Position numbers and translations under genes: made by a program
NCBI GenBank assembly: GCA_048885525.1
Contig: JBHLLP010000008.1
Coordinates: 47,735-111,734, forward strand
Direction: 5' to 3'
DNA: 64,000 nucleotides
DNA from: Candidatus Hermodarchaeota archaeon
Lineage (GTDB): Archaea; Asgardarchaeota; Lokiarchaeia; Sigyniarchaeales; SOKP01
In this document: positions 28,287 to 37,304 of the stretch, piece by piece
Layout of the letters: each line of letters opens with the position of its first letter
How positions within the stretch are numbered: position 1 is the stretch's first letter
Notes under the pieces: generated by a model
The model's database searches: none
What the model was told of the DNA's origin: nothing
The model's input: the letters and a program-made list of their open reading frames with translations, nothing else

Positions 28287-28751
28287 TTAGGGAAGTTGTT
28301 TATCTGCAATTTTCTTTTTTAAAATCCAAAGTGCTTTAGACCAAGCATTTTGAAAATAATTTCGAGCTTTATTCCATTCAGAACCATTTCTCCAACCAGT
28401 ATGGAATAAATATATAAATGTCTTATTTGAATTAGAATCATTTTGAAAAAGAAACACAATAATATGTGTAAGAGGATCAGCAGAATTCATAAAAGATTCA
28501 AAATCAGTGGGTCCTTTCCAGTTAAATGAAATAAATTTATTTCTATCAATGCCAGTAATTCTGCATCCAATTGTGCTATTACTTTTTCGATCTTCAGGTA
28601 CCCAAAATAGTTCATATTTTCCCCCAACTTCAGGATTCACGTCTGCTTTTACTGTTAACCAATTCTCCAAGTAATTATTATCAATAAACATAGTAAAGGC
28701 AGTTTCTATATCGCAATCTATTTCCTCTTTAATCAATATAATATTTTCCAT
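28287..28751 (-). CDS. SRPBCC/AHSA1 (START-like) domain protein
   Basis: LENWL, PEVGGKYELFW, ISFNWKGP, LFHTGW, YFQNAW. Confidence 0.88.
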   Translation of the reverse strand: MENIILIKEEIDCDIETAFTMFIDNNYLENWLTVKADVNPEVGGKYELFWVPEDRKSNSTIGCRITGIDRNKFISFNWKGPTDFESFMNSADPLTHIIVFLFQNDSNSNKTFIYLFHTGWRNGSEWNKARNYFQNAWSKALWILKKKIADKQLP

Positions 28752-28782
28752 TCTTAGTTAACATCTATATTATTAATTATAA

Positions 28783-28858
28783 TTATAACAAAAAGTTATA
28801 AAGTATTATAAAGTAACAAACATTGAGACTATTTAAACCATATACTAACAAATTGGTA
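28783..28858. promoter_or_regulatory. Inverted repeats between the divergent SRPBCC and HxlR genes (likely HxlR operator)
   Basis: TTATAAC-AAAAA-GTTATAA (28783-28801) and TACTAA-CAAA-TTGGTA (28843-28858). Confidence 0.45.
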
Positions 28859-28863
28859 ATATT

Positions 28864-29280
28864 GTGAGAAAAATGGAAGTTTGGGAGGATTTGAGTAATA
28901 TGAAGAATTGCCCCATAGAAGTAGCTCTTAATTATTTAGGAAAGAAATGGACTATGCAAATAATTAGAGATTTATTTAAAGGTAAGAAAAGATTTTCAGA
29001 ATTTTTAAAGGCAAATCCGCAAATTAGTACAAAAATGCTCTCATTGCGATTATCAGAACTACAGGATTCGGGATTAATTAAGAAGAGCGTTCTTTCAACT
29101 ACCCCTATACGAGTTGAATATTCTTTAACACAAAAAGGGAAAGCTCTCAATAAAGTTCTTTTTCAATTAGCTGAATTTTCTCTAAATAATTACCCAAATG
29201 AAGTATATTATAATAAACCAAAATCAATCGAGGAAGATTTACTGAATCTAAAAGTTTTTTTTAATGGGAATAAATATTAG
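28864..29280 (+). CDS. HxlR-family winged-helix transcriptional regulator
   Basis: CPIEVALNYLGKKWTMQIIRDL, KRFSE, ISTKMLS.RL.EL, VEYSLTQKG. Confidence 0.93.
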   Translation: MRKMEVWEDLSNMKNCPIEVALNYLGKKWTMQIIRDLFKGKKRFSEFLKANPQISTKMLSLRLSELQDSGLIKKSVLSTTPIRVEYSLTQKGKALNKVLFQLAEFSLNNYPNEVYYNKPKSIEEDLLNLKVFFNGNKY

Positions 29281-29332
29281 AAATTCACCATTTTTAATCT
29301 CAATTCTTGAAGAGTAGAAGTCTTAAGATCTA

Positions 29333-29349
29333 TAGGAAACTTAACCTAT
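29333..29349 (+). promoter_or_regulatory. Second copy of putative operator TAGGAAACTTAACCTAT
   Basis: Exact reverse complement of 27915-27931; followed by TTTAAA, 56 nt before the ECF S gene. Confidence 0.65.
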
Positions 29350-29405
29350 AAGTTTAAATTCTTATAATCATTACATATCGAAAAGATAATTAGACTGAGA
29401 CTAAA

Positions 29406-30050
29406 TTGGAATTAAAACCTGAAGCAGATTTAACAAATGAAAACATTGAAATATTAGAAACTGAGCAAGAAAGAGTTAAAGATACAATATGGTTTAACCG
29501 GAGCTCTTTCCGAATTGCCCTAATCAGTACTTTTACAGCATTAACGATAGTTTTAGGGTATTTGCTAATACAATTGCCTAATATAGAGTTATTTACTCTA
29601 ATGATATTCTTATCTGGTTTTATATTAGGGAAAAGAGATGGAATGATAGTTGGACTTTTAAGTTCTTTCATTTTTTGTTATTTTAATCCTTTCGGTTCTT
29701 CTCCTTTACCACTTTTAGCATTCCAATTAATCTATTATTCAATAACAGGATTATTAGGAGCTTTTACAAGTAATCTTTTACAAAATAAAAAATTGTTCAA
29801 ATATGAAGAAGATTTTTATAATTTTCGTGTTATGGTATTATTTGGTACTATTGGTGCTTTGATTACTATAAATTTTCAAATTTTTTCTACAATAATTCAT
29901 GTTTTATCATTTTTAGGAACTTTAAATGAATTTTTACCATATTTTCTCTCAGGATCAGTATTTACAATTGTACATATTATTGGTAATACACTTGGATTTA
30001 TTTTTATTTTACCAGGGTTGATTCAACTAATAAACAAGATGCTTCATTAG
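29406..30050 (+). CDS. ECF transporter S component (CbrT-like, possibly cobalamin)
   Basis: RIALISTFTAL, LPNIEL..LMIFLSGFILG...G..VG, about 6 TM, HIIGNT. Confidence 0.8.
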   Translation: MELKPEADLTNENIEILETEQERVKDTIWFNRSSFRIALISTFTALTIVLGYLLIQLPNIELFTLMIFLSGFILGKRDGMIVGLLSSFIFCYFNPFGSSPLPLLAFQLIYYSITGLLGAFTSNLLQNKKLFKYEEDFYNFRVMVLFGTIGALITINFQIFSTIIHVLSFLGTLNEFLPYFLSGSVFTIVHIIGNTLGFIFILPGLIQLINKMLH

Positions 30051-30064
30051 AAATGGTTAAGAAT

Positions 30065-30202
30065 TTAAAAAATAGCGAGAAATGCAATTGTTGATGGCAA
30101 CATCATTAGAAGAATAATTATTATACAAATTAATAAGCAGGTGTTCCTCTTCCTTTTCTGTTCATTATTATCATCCACTTCATTCAGATGTTCTTTCTCC
30201 AT
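30065..30202 (-). CDS. Small tail-anchored membrane protein (45 aa, below ORF-track cutoff)
   Basis: MEKEHLNEVDDNNEQKRKRNTCLLICIIIILLMMLPSTIAFLAIF; co-oriented after uL15. Confidence 0.55.
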   Translation of the reverse strand: MEKEHLNEVDDNNEQKRKRNTCLLICIIIILLMMLPSTIAFLAIF

Positions 30203-30274
30203 CTTAATATCTTTTAAATAGATGTAATTTCAATATAATTAATAAGAGAGGAATATTGATAACTTATAATTAAT

Positions 30275-30763
30275 CTATTCTGATTGGGTTAATAATGTAA
30301 TCTTTCCACCAGCAGTTTCTACTTTTTCAATAGCTTTTTTTGACGCTTTATTAACAGTTATATTAATTGTCCTATTAATTACGCCACGACCTAGTATCTT
30401 CTGAATATTTATGTCATTTAAATTAATATTGTAAGTATTTCCAGATTTGGAAGCTTTTTTGTTTAAAACAAAATTTTCAATATTTAGGTCTAAATCTTTA
30501 ACGTTAATTGTATTAACTTGATAAATTCTAACAATATCTTGCGGTCTTTTAAAACCTTTTTTTCCAATATCCCAATCTGGGTCTGGAAATCCGAGTTCTT
30601 TTTGTTTTAAATAATAACTTTTTTTGCTTTTTTTCCACTGAGTAGTTTTCCCTCTACCAGCACGCTGTCCTGTTTTTCTATGTTGCCCTACTTTCCCATA
30701 ACCACGAGTCCGTCTTCCTCTCATTTTTTGAACTTTTTTAGGAAATTTTCTAGTAATAATCAT
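30275..30763 (-). CDS. rpl15: 50S ribosomal protein uL15
   Basis: KMRGRRTRGYG, GKKGF, KILGRG, ASKKAIEKVETAGG. Confidence 0.96.
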   Translation of the reverse strand: MIITRKFPKKVQKMRGRRTRGYGKVGQHRKTGQRAGRGKTTQWKKSKKSYYLKQKELGFPDPDWDIGKKGFKRPQDIVRIYQVNTINVKDLDLNIENFVLNKKASKSGNTYNINLNDINIQKILGRGVINRTINITVNKASKKAIEKVETAGGKITLLTQSE

Positions 30764-30774
30764 CCACCTTTTTA

Positions 30775-31299
30775 TTATAACATTTTATGAATTAATTCAT
30801 TAATATATATACCAAGATTACCAAGTGTTCCCCCTTCATTGTAATGTTTTTTAATAGTCCCTCTATGTCCTTTTCTTGGAGGGTGTAATCGGAAAACTGG
30901 TTTAATTTTATATATATCTCTTTCTCGATATTGTATTTCTCCATTTAATAATGCTTTTGCGAATTCTCTAAAATTTTTATATTTAGTTAAATTTCTAATA
31001 TGCTCTTCTGTCAGTGATTTATTACCTTCTATTTTTCCTCTTACTCTTAGCAATCTAATTAATGTTTTTTCATCAACTTCTCCGTATGCAATATAGTCCT
31101 TACATTTAATGAGCATTCCTTCATAAGAGGGATTACCCCATATAAGCACTCCATGATTTACTTTATGCATTCTTAACATCTTTAATGTATCTAATATTTT
31201 ACCCCTCATTCCTGGGGCACCTCTGATACGAACTGCAAAATATAGTTTATGTGTAACTTCTGATTCTTTCATTTTTGATTTCTTTTTTGCCATAGACAT
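30775..31299 (-). CDS. rpl30: 50S ribosomal protein uL30
   Basis: AVRIRG, TLKMLR, FRLHPPRKG, INELI. Confidence 0.96.
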   Translation of the reverse strand: MSMAKKKSKMKESEVTHKLYFAVRIRGAPGMRGKILDTLKMLRMHKVNHGVLIWGNPSYEGMLIKCKDYIAYGEVDEKTLIRLLRVRGKIEGNKSLTEEHIRNLTKYKNFREFAKALLNGEIQYRERDIYKIKPVFRLHPPRKGHRGTIKKHYNEGGTLGNLGIYINELIHKML

Positions 31300-31316
31300 T
31301 TAAGCACCACTCTTTT

Positions 31317-31946
31317 CTATATATTAAAGTTATATTTATGCGCTTGTTTGAGTGCATCAAATGTTGCTTTAACTAAATTTTCACTTGTTCTCGTGTCTCC
31401 AAAAGTCTTGCTCCAAATATCTTCAATCCCACATAATCTTAAAACAGGTTTTACTTTATCTGCACATGCTAATCCAACCCCAACAGGGGCAGGAATGAGT
31501 TGGATTCTGACTGAACCACACTTTCCTTTAATTTTAAAAGGAATACTATGAGTTCCTCCACAACCACACTCTTTACTTCCACAACCTCTTAAAACTGGAA
31601 TCACTGAAAGTTTTGCTTTATCAATAGCTTTTCTTATTGCTGGTCCAACTTCACGGCTTTTAGCTGAGCCAATTCCTACAAATCCATCAGCTCCAACAAG
31701 GACTACGGCTTTAAATTTCGATCGTTGTCCGCTTGCAGTCATTTGTTGCACCATCTTTATATCTGTTACATGTTCAGTTAATTGTGGTAAAAGGATATTT
31801 ATAATCTCTTTTTCCTTAACAACGATATTATTCTGAAATATTTTATCCAAAGTAATTAATCCTTGTTGGACAAGTTCACCCAACTTGGTTTTAGGAATCC
31901 ATTCTTCATCAATATTTCTTAGTCGACTCATTTTTTTTACACTCAC
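31317..31946 (-). CDS. rps5: 30S ribosomal protein uS5
   Basis: WIPKTKLG, RGCGS.ECGCG..HSIPF, LIPAP.GVGL. Confidence 0.97.
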   Translation of the reverse strand: MSVKKMSRLRNIDEEWIPKTKLGELVQQGLITLDKIFQNNIVVKEKEIINILLPQLTEHVTDIKMVQQMTASGQRSKFKAVVLVGADGFVGIGSAKSREVGPAIRKAIDKAKLSVIPVLRGCGSKECGCGGTHSIPFKIKGKCGSVRIQLIPAPVGVGLACADKVKPVLRLCGIEDIWSKTFGDTRTSENLVKATFDALKQAHKYNFNI

Positions 31947-31948
31947 TT

Positions 31949-32539
31949 TTAAGCTTTATTTTCAATCATTTTTAAGGAATTCGCAAATATTTTGCTTAAA
32001 TTTAGTGGATTTAATTTCTTCTTTAAATAACCTGAGAATATTTGTTCATATTGCTCTGGTTCATTTGTTTTTAGATTTTTCGCATAATTTTCAATATGAA
32101 TACCCTTAATTCTTTCATCTATACCTTCTGGAAAAAATTCCTCACGATAAGGAATATTTATTCCTGTGTCTATTATTCCTTTACAAGCAGCAAGGACACG
32201 ATTTCTATGGTAAAAAATACCTAAATCAAATATAGCTTCTTGGATTTTTTTTGCTTTTGCTCTTAATCCTGCTAAATAACCTGTTAAATAAGCTGCAGGA
32301 ATGTTTCCACTATTTGCAGTCCAACCATATTTTGAGGTTAATTCCTTAGAAAATGCAGAAACTAAGATATTGTCTCCACCAAATTTGGACTGAGTAATTT
32401 GAACTTGTATATGATCATTTGATGCTCGAATAACTACCCTTAATTTTCTTGATTTTAACAACTTTAACCTCTTATGATAATCGGTTTTCCCATCATGACG
32501 TCTTCGAAATGATCTTTTATATCTGGGACCTCTCGTCAA
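31949..32539 (-). CDS. rpl18: 50S ribosomal protein uL18
   Basis: GPRY..FRRR.DGKTDY, NIPAAYLTG; TTG start. Confidence 0.97.
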   Translation of the reverse strand: MTRGPRYKRSFRRRHDGKTDYHKRLKLLKSRKLRVVIRASNDHIQVQITQSKFGGDNILVSAFSKELTSKYGWTANSGNIPAAYLTGYLAGLRAKAKKIQEAIFDLGIFYHRNRVLAACKGIIDTGINIPYREEFFPEGIDERIKGIHIENYAKNLKTNEPEQYEQIFSGYLKKKLNPLNLSKIFANSLKMIENKA

Positions 32540-32541
32540 TT

Positions 32542-32997
32542 TTAACGTCCTCTTCTTATTAATTCTTTTTCTTTAATATATCTATTCAACTGAGCAACAC
32601 TATTAAACATTCCACCTTTCGCATTCTTATATAATTTCCGATAATTCGATGTTGTTATTAATTTTCTATCTCTAAGTTTTTTCAGCTCTCGCCTAATTGG
32701 TCTAATACGTTTAATCCAAGCTCTTTTCTTTGGAGTTCTAGCATATTTAGTACCCTTTCTTTTTCCTAAACCCCTAGCTCTTCCTTTTTTCTTCCTCTCA
32801 TGTCTAATGAGTTTTCTATGCTTTGAGATGCCCTTCTTATATTTTTTCTGGATTACTCCTTGTTTTATCAGATTACGAATATCTTCTCGAGTAATTGCTA
32901 GGGAAATATCTTCAATTAAATAAGGATCAAAAAAAACTCTATTTTCTCCGCATTTAAGAATATCAGCGGCCATCCTTCTTTGTGGTTTTAAATTCAC
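32542..32997 (-). CDS. rpl19e: 50S ribosomal protein eL19
   Basis: QRRMAADILKCG.NRV, AITREDIR, GKRKG..AR. Confidence 0.97.
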   Translation of the reverse strand: MNLKPQRRMAADILKCGENRVFFDPYLIEDISLAITREDIRNLIKQGVIQKKYKKGISKHRKLIRHERKKKGRARGLGKRKGTKYARTPKKRAWIKRIRPIRRELKKLRDRKLITTSNYRKLYKNAKGGMFNSVAQLNRYIKEKELIRRGR

Positions 32998-32998
32998 T

Positions 32999-33490
32999 TT
33001 AATCTCCCTCTAAAGAGTCTTCTAAATCATCAATTTCTAAATAATCTTCACTATCAATATCAGAAATTGGAGCTTCAATCATTGCTTCTAAACTTTCAAT
33101 TTCTTTTTGTGATATTCCAAGATTTAAAATTTTAAAACCTCTTTTTTGACAATAATCAATAAGAGCTATGCGCTTTTTAGCTCCCAATTTACCAGAAATT
33201 TTGATCGCATTAAATTTCTTGTTTAAATATTTTAAATCTTGTACTGTAGTAACTCTCACCTCTTTATACCCAGATGGATGTAAATCCCTTACTTTTTTTG
33301 GGTTTCGATATCCTACTGTTGGAGATTTAACCCCAGATTTTTTTTTCTCTCTTGTTTTTGAATCAATACCTCTTGATTTTCTCCAAGAATCTTTTACTCT
33401 TTTATATCTCCACGATTCAACTCGTCTAAATGAAGGTCTACTTTTATTCCGCATTTTTCGAAGTTCCATTAATCTTTTATCCTGTACCAT
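32999..33490 (-). CDS. rpl32e: 50S ribosomal protein eL32 with acidic tail
   Basis: RPSFRR, WRKSRGIDSK, LHPSGY. Confidence 0.96.
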   Translation of the reverse strand: MVQDKRLMELRKMRNKSRPSFRRVESWRYKRVKDSWRKSRGIDSKTREKKKSGVKSPTVGYRNPKKVRDLHPSGYKEVRVTTVQDLKYLNKKFNAIKISGKLGAKKRIALIDYCQKRGFKILNLGISQKEIESLEAMIEAPISDIDSEDYLEIDDLEDSLEGD

Positions 33491-33505
33491 GATAATTACC
33501 TCAAT

Positions 33506-34084
33506 TTAAGTTATTTCCCAGATAATCTCATCTCCAAGCATTTTTTTGTACAGATAGACGCCATCCTGAAAAACCCTCGGATCTTTTTTTCGTATACGGC
33601 AAGCTCTTTTGACATTAGCAGCTGCTTGTCCTAATGCTTCTTTATCTGGTCCTATAAAGAGTAGATCATCTCCTTTTATTTCTACATTTACATTCTCAGG
33701 ATATATTGCCTTTCTAGGAGCTCGTTCTCCCAAGAAATTTACAATCTGAATCTCTCTTTTATCTGAATTCACTTCACAATTACAAGGAAAATGTGAGTAG
33801 CAAATTTTTGATACATATTTATAATTCGTTTGGACACCTACAATTAAATTATTAATGATACTAACAACAGTTTTAATTAAGGCTAAGGTTCCACTTTTTG
33901 GAAAGTTAGTTGAAAAAATAATTTTATTCCCCTCAATTGAGACTTTTATTCCTCTTACATGTGAGAAATCTTTTGTAATATCACCATTTGGTCCTTTTAC
34001 TCGAATATGATGTCCTCCTTCTAGTGTAACTTTGACACCTTCAGGGATTTCCAATTCTTCTTGAAAGAATGCTATTTTTACCAT
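33506..34084 (-). CDS. rpl6: 50S ribosomal protein uL6
   Basis: IPEGV, YSHFP, NFLGER.PR, KDPRVFQDGVY; ATG at 34084. Confidence 0.97.
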   Translation of the reverse strand: MVKIAFFQEELEIPEGVKVTLEGGHHIRVKGPNGDITKDFSHVRGIKVSIEGNKIIFSTNFPKSGTLALIKTVVSIINNLIVGVQTNYKYVSKICYSHFPCNCEVNSDKREIQIVNFLGERAPRKAIYPENVNVEIKGDDLLFIGPDKEALGQAAANVKRACRIRKKDPRVFQDGVYLYKKMLGDEIIWEIT

Positions 34085-34106
34085 TTTATATTCACTCCTT
34101 ATTAAT

Positions 34107-34490
34107 TTAATAGATATAACATAAAGTATGACCACCTATATGCTTCTCTTCTGCTTCACTCATTGTCATTATTCCTTGATTTGTTGTCAAAACTATTATC
34201 CCTAAACCAGGAGCAGGTAATAGGTTTCTCTCTAAGTTCTCAAATTGAGAAACTTTATAATTCAATCTCATTAATCCTGCACACTCATTAATCTTACCTA
34301 ATAAAGCTATTTTGAATTTACCTTGTCTTCCATCATCGTATCTCTCGAATTCTCCTATGTAAGCATGTCTCTGAAATATTCGAAGAATTTGTTGAATAAC
34401 TGTTGAAGCTGGACTGATTATCACTTCTTTTTTCCGTGCTCTTTCTGCATTTTTGAGAGCACAGCAAGCATCTGATACAACATTAACCAT
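34107..34490 (-). CDS. rps8: 30S ribosomal protein uS8
   Basis: LKNAE, YIGEFE..DDGR.GK, LLPA, TTNQGIM, IGG. Confidence 0.97.
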   Translation of the reverse strand: MVNVVSDACCALKNAERARKKEVIISPASTVIQQILRIFQRHAYIGEFERYDDGRQGKFKIALLGKINECAGLMRLNYKVSQFENLERNLLPAPGLGIIVLTTNQGIMTMSEAEEKHIGGHTLCYIY

Positions 34491-34527
34491 AGATTTTCAC
34501 ATCTTTATTTAATTATTTATTAAATTC

Positions 34528-34677
34528 TTACTCAAACCTTTTAAATCCAATTTCTTTTCCTATTTCATAAAAACATCTTCTACAGATATATAATCCATAA
34601 CGCCTTATTATTCCTCTGTGAGTATGACATCTTCTGCACTCTCGCTGACCTTTACCGTAGTGTTTACCTTGTGGTAT
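34528..34677 (-). CDS. rps14: 30S ribosomal protein uS14 (Zn-finger type), non-canonical (ATA) start; absent from ORF track
   Basis: Manual translation (I)[48 protein letters not shown]; canonical position between uL5 and uS8. Confidence 0.95.
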   Translation of the reverse strand: MPQGKHYGKGQRECRRCHTHRGIIRRYGLYICRRCFYEIGKEIGFKRFE

Positions 34678-34696
34678 CTTTTTTCACCTTAATGTA

Positions 34697-35290
34697 TTAT
34701 ATAAACTCTAAATCCAACTTTTCTACAATTTCAATTCCGAATTTTTGAGTTAAAAAATATTGGGCTTCTTCTCTGGATATATAATGATGTTTTGGAACTT
34801 TAGTGCGAGCTTTTCTTCTAAATTTTACTCTCATCCCAGGTCGTACTATTCTGCCTACACAATCTAAACCCCATATACCAATTGTATTGTCATATTCAAT
34901 ACCAGGAATAGATATATGTTCTGTTATTCCAAAACCAAAATTTCCATAATCATCAAAACTTTTTCTTAAAATTTTATTGTTATTTACAATTATTAATTTT
35001 TTAAGCAATTTTTCCCCATTTTGACCCCTAACAGTTATTTTAGTTCCAATAGGGCGTCCTTTCCTTAAATTAAATTCTTTTACATTTGTTTTTGAAAGAG
35101 TTTTAATTGCTTTTTGACCTGTTATTGTTTCTAGTACAGCAACGGCTCTCTCCAATTCCTGTCCTCCTACCCCAACACCTATATTTAATACCAACTTCTC
35201 TAAATATGGTTTTTTCATAGGATTTTTCCAATTTTCTTCATATTTTTTTGAGAGAGCATCTGGAATTTTCTTTTTTATTTTAGTAGACAT
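34697..35290 (-). CDS. rpl5: 50S ribosomal protein uL5
   Basis: NPM..P.LEKLVLNIGVG, FDDYGNFGFGI.EHI. Confidence 0.97.
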   Translation of the reverse strand: MSTKIKKKIPDALSKKYEENWKNPMKKPYLEKLVLNIGVGVGGQELERAVAVLETITGQKAIKTLSKTNVKEFNLRKGRPIGTKITVRGQNGEKLLKKLIIVNNNKILRKSFDDYGNFGFGITEHISIPGIEYDNTIGIWGLDCVGRIVRPGMRVKFRRKARTKVPKHHYISREEAQYFLTQKFGIEIVEKLDLEFI

Positions 35291-35319
35291 TTATTTTTCA
35301 CTTAACTTTTTTCATTATT

Positions 35320-36078
35320 TTAATTATTTTTTATACTAGGTAAATCAATTTCAGAACTATTTTCTCCAATAATAAAAGTATAATCATATAGAGTTTCTGT
35401 ATGTTCTCCATTATGTTGAATAGAGACTGTACTTGCTTTAGGTCCAAAACGTTTTAATATGTTTATAATTTTTCCAACTTGTCCAATATTTTTACCTGAC
35501 ATAATAATTGCAATATTATTTTCTTTAAATTTCAAAACTTTATTAATTTCTTGTTCAGGAATAGAAATCTTAAGAACATCCATTCGTTTATAAATATCTT
35601 CTTTAGGATTTCTAGGATCTTGAACTTTAATTAAAATATTTCTTCCATCATGTAAGTTTAGTTGAATGTGACCTCCCTTTATTGTAGTTTTATTATTTAT
35701 TCTACATAATTTAAAAATACTTTCTTGTTCAGAAATTTCATGCAAAATTAAGCCATGTTGAGAATCTGGGAGGACCCTATAATGTTTTTGCATTTTTTCA
35801 ATTGATAATACATCCATTAGTCCTACTGGGAATGATATATTCTTCACAATTTTCCCATCGATTTTAAAGTAACCTAACCCAATTAACTTTTTCGCCTCTC
35901 TATAACTATCAACAATTTTGAGAAGATCTCTAACAATATGAAGCAATGTTAGGCAAATCCTACTAGGATGAGGTCCTGGAGATGGTTTAATGAAAAATTT
36001 TCCATGCTTTCTTTTAATTTGCAGAAATGAAGGTGTGTTAAGCCTTTTTAATACTTTTTGATTACCGTGACGAGTCAT
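35320..36078 (-). CDS. rps4e: 30S ribosomal protein eS4
   Basis: LKRLNTP, PSPGPH, FPVGLMDV, QLNLHDGRN. Confidence 0.97.
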   Translation of the reverse strand: MTRHGNQKVLKRLNTPSFLQIKRKHGKFFIKPSPGPHPSRICLTLLHIVRDLLKIVDSYREAKKLIGLGYFKIDGKIVKNISFPVGLMDVLSIEKMQKHYRVLPDSQHGLILHEISEQESIFKLCRINNKTTIKGGHIQLNLHDGRNILIKVQDPRNPKEDIYKRMDVLKISIPEQEINKVLKFKENNIAIIMSGKNIGQVGKIINILKRFGPKASTVSIQHNGEHTETLYDYTFIIGENSSEIDLPSIKNN

Positions 36079-36511
36079 TTTTTTGTTTTTCCTCCTCTTT
36101 ATTTTTTTTTGGAGCTGTCAATCCTTCTTCATAAAATCCATATAAAGCTTTTCTTTCTATCATATTCGCGCGCCATGGGTCCATTTTCTTTTCTTTAGTA
36201 AACTTAGTAATAACTAAGTTTGCTATATGAATTGCAGGATGAAATTGAGTACCATCAGTTTTTTCGAAAGTACATTCTTTTATCTTACATCTTAAATTTC
36301 TTGTAATCTCAAGAACCTCACCTTCAAAATCTTTAAATTCACCTCTACATACTCTAACCTGATCACCAACTCTAAGCGGAAGTCTTTTTATCCCATATTC
36401 ATCACGAAGAAAATCAGCTAATCTAGTGCTAAGCAATTTTGAGCGATGATGGTTATTATGATTATAGAGAGCTTTCCTTTGTTTTCTTGGTTGTTTTGAT
36501 TTAACTTTCAT
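36062..36511 (-). CDS. rpl24: 50S ribosomal protein uL24
   Basis: SKQPRKQRKALY, LRVGDQVRV.RG. Confidence 0.96.
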   Translation of the reverse strand: MKVKSKQPRKQRKALYNHNNHHRSKLLSTRLADFLRDEYGIKRLPLRVGDQVRVCRGEFKDFEGEVLEITRNLRCKIKECTFEKTDGTQFHPAIHIANLVITKFTKEKKMDPWRANMIERKALYGFYEEGLTAPKKNKEEEKQKNDSSR

Positions 36512-36525
36512 TATTAGACCTCATT

Positions 36526-36951
36526 TTATATTATTAATGAAGAGATTGATGCAAGTCTAGGAAACATTTCTGCTGCTTCCCGCGCTATTGGTCCTCGAAT
36601 TTCTGTAGCTTTTGGATCACCTTCTTTTGTTACAATAACCCCAGCATTATCTTCAAAACATAGTCTTGTGCCATCTAGTCTTCTATAAATCATTTTTTGT
36701 CTAACTATTACTGCTTTAACTATATTTCCTCTTAATTCAGGTTTTCCCTTTTTTATTGTAACTGTGCATACACTTCCTACAGAAGCTTTAGGTAATCTTC
36801 TTAATCGTGTCTTGAAACCGTCTACATTAATAATTTGAGCTATCTTAGCACCTGAGTTATCTGCTATAATAATTTTTGATCCATTACATAAACCATAACT
36901 GGTGCGAGACTTAGTATATGTTTTTCTCCCTAATTTTCTTCTCGTTCCCAT
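36526..36951 (-). CDS. rpl14: 50S ribosomal protein uL14
   Basis: ADNSGAK, KKGKPELR, FEDNAGVI, GPIAREAA. Confidence 0.97.
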   Translation of the reverse strand: MGTRRKLGRKTYTKSRTSYGLCNGSKIIIADNSGAKIAQIINVDGFKTRLRRLPKASVGSVCTVTIKKGKPELRGNIVKAVIVRQKMIYRRLDGTRLCFEDNAGVIVTKEGDPKATEIRGPIAREAAEMFPRLASISSLII

Positions 36952-37304
36952 TATTCCGCACCATGTGAAATTTTTTCAAGTACAATAAACGCTTTTGTTT
37001 TAGAAATTTTACGAGATTCTCCAACTCTTACTAAATCTCCAATTTCAATTTCATGAATTAAACAACTTGGTAAATGACAAGCTAACCGCATATTACGGCG
37101 CTCATATCTTTGATACTTTTTAATGAATTGAACATAATCACGTTTAATTATAACAGTATTTCTTGTTTTTTTACTAACTATAATTCCTTGTGTAATTTTT
37201 CCTCTAATTCGTGTGTTTCCGTGATAGGGACAAGCTTGGTCTTTACAATCTTCAGCTTTAATTTTGGGAGGAATAACACCAGGAATACCAATATTTTTAC
37301 TCAT
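36951..37304 (-). CDS. rps17: 30S ribosomal protein uS17
   Basis: C.D..CPYHG, KYQRYERR, GESRKISKTK.F. Confidence 0.97.
   Translation of the reverse strand: MSKNIGIPGVIPPKIKAEDCKDQACPYHGNTRIRGKITQGIIVSKKTRNTVIIKRDYVQFIKKYQRYERRNMRLACHLPSCLIHEIEIGDLVRVGESRKISKTKAFIVLEKISHGAE

Noticed and set aside
27880-29405. Cobalamin riboswitch ahead of the B12-type genes
   Set aside because: Leaders are short and AT-rich with no B12-box or structured GC-rich stems
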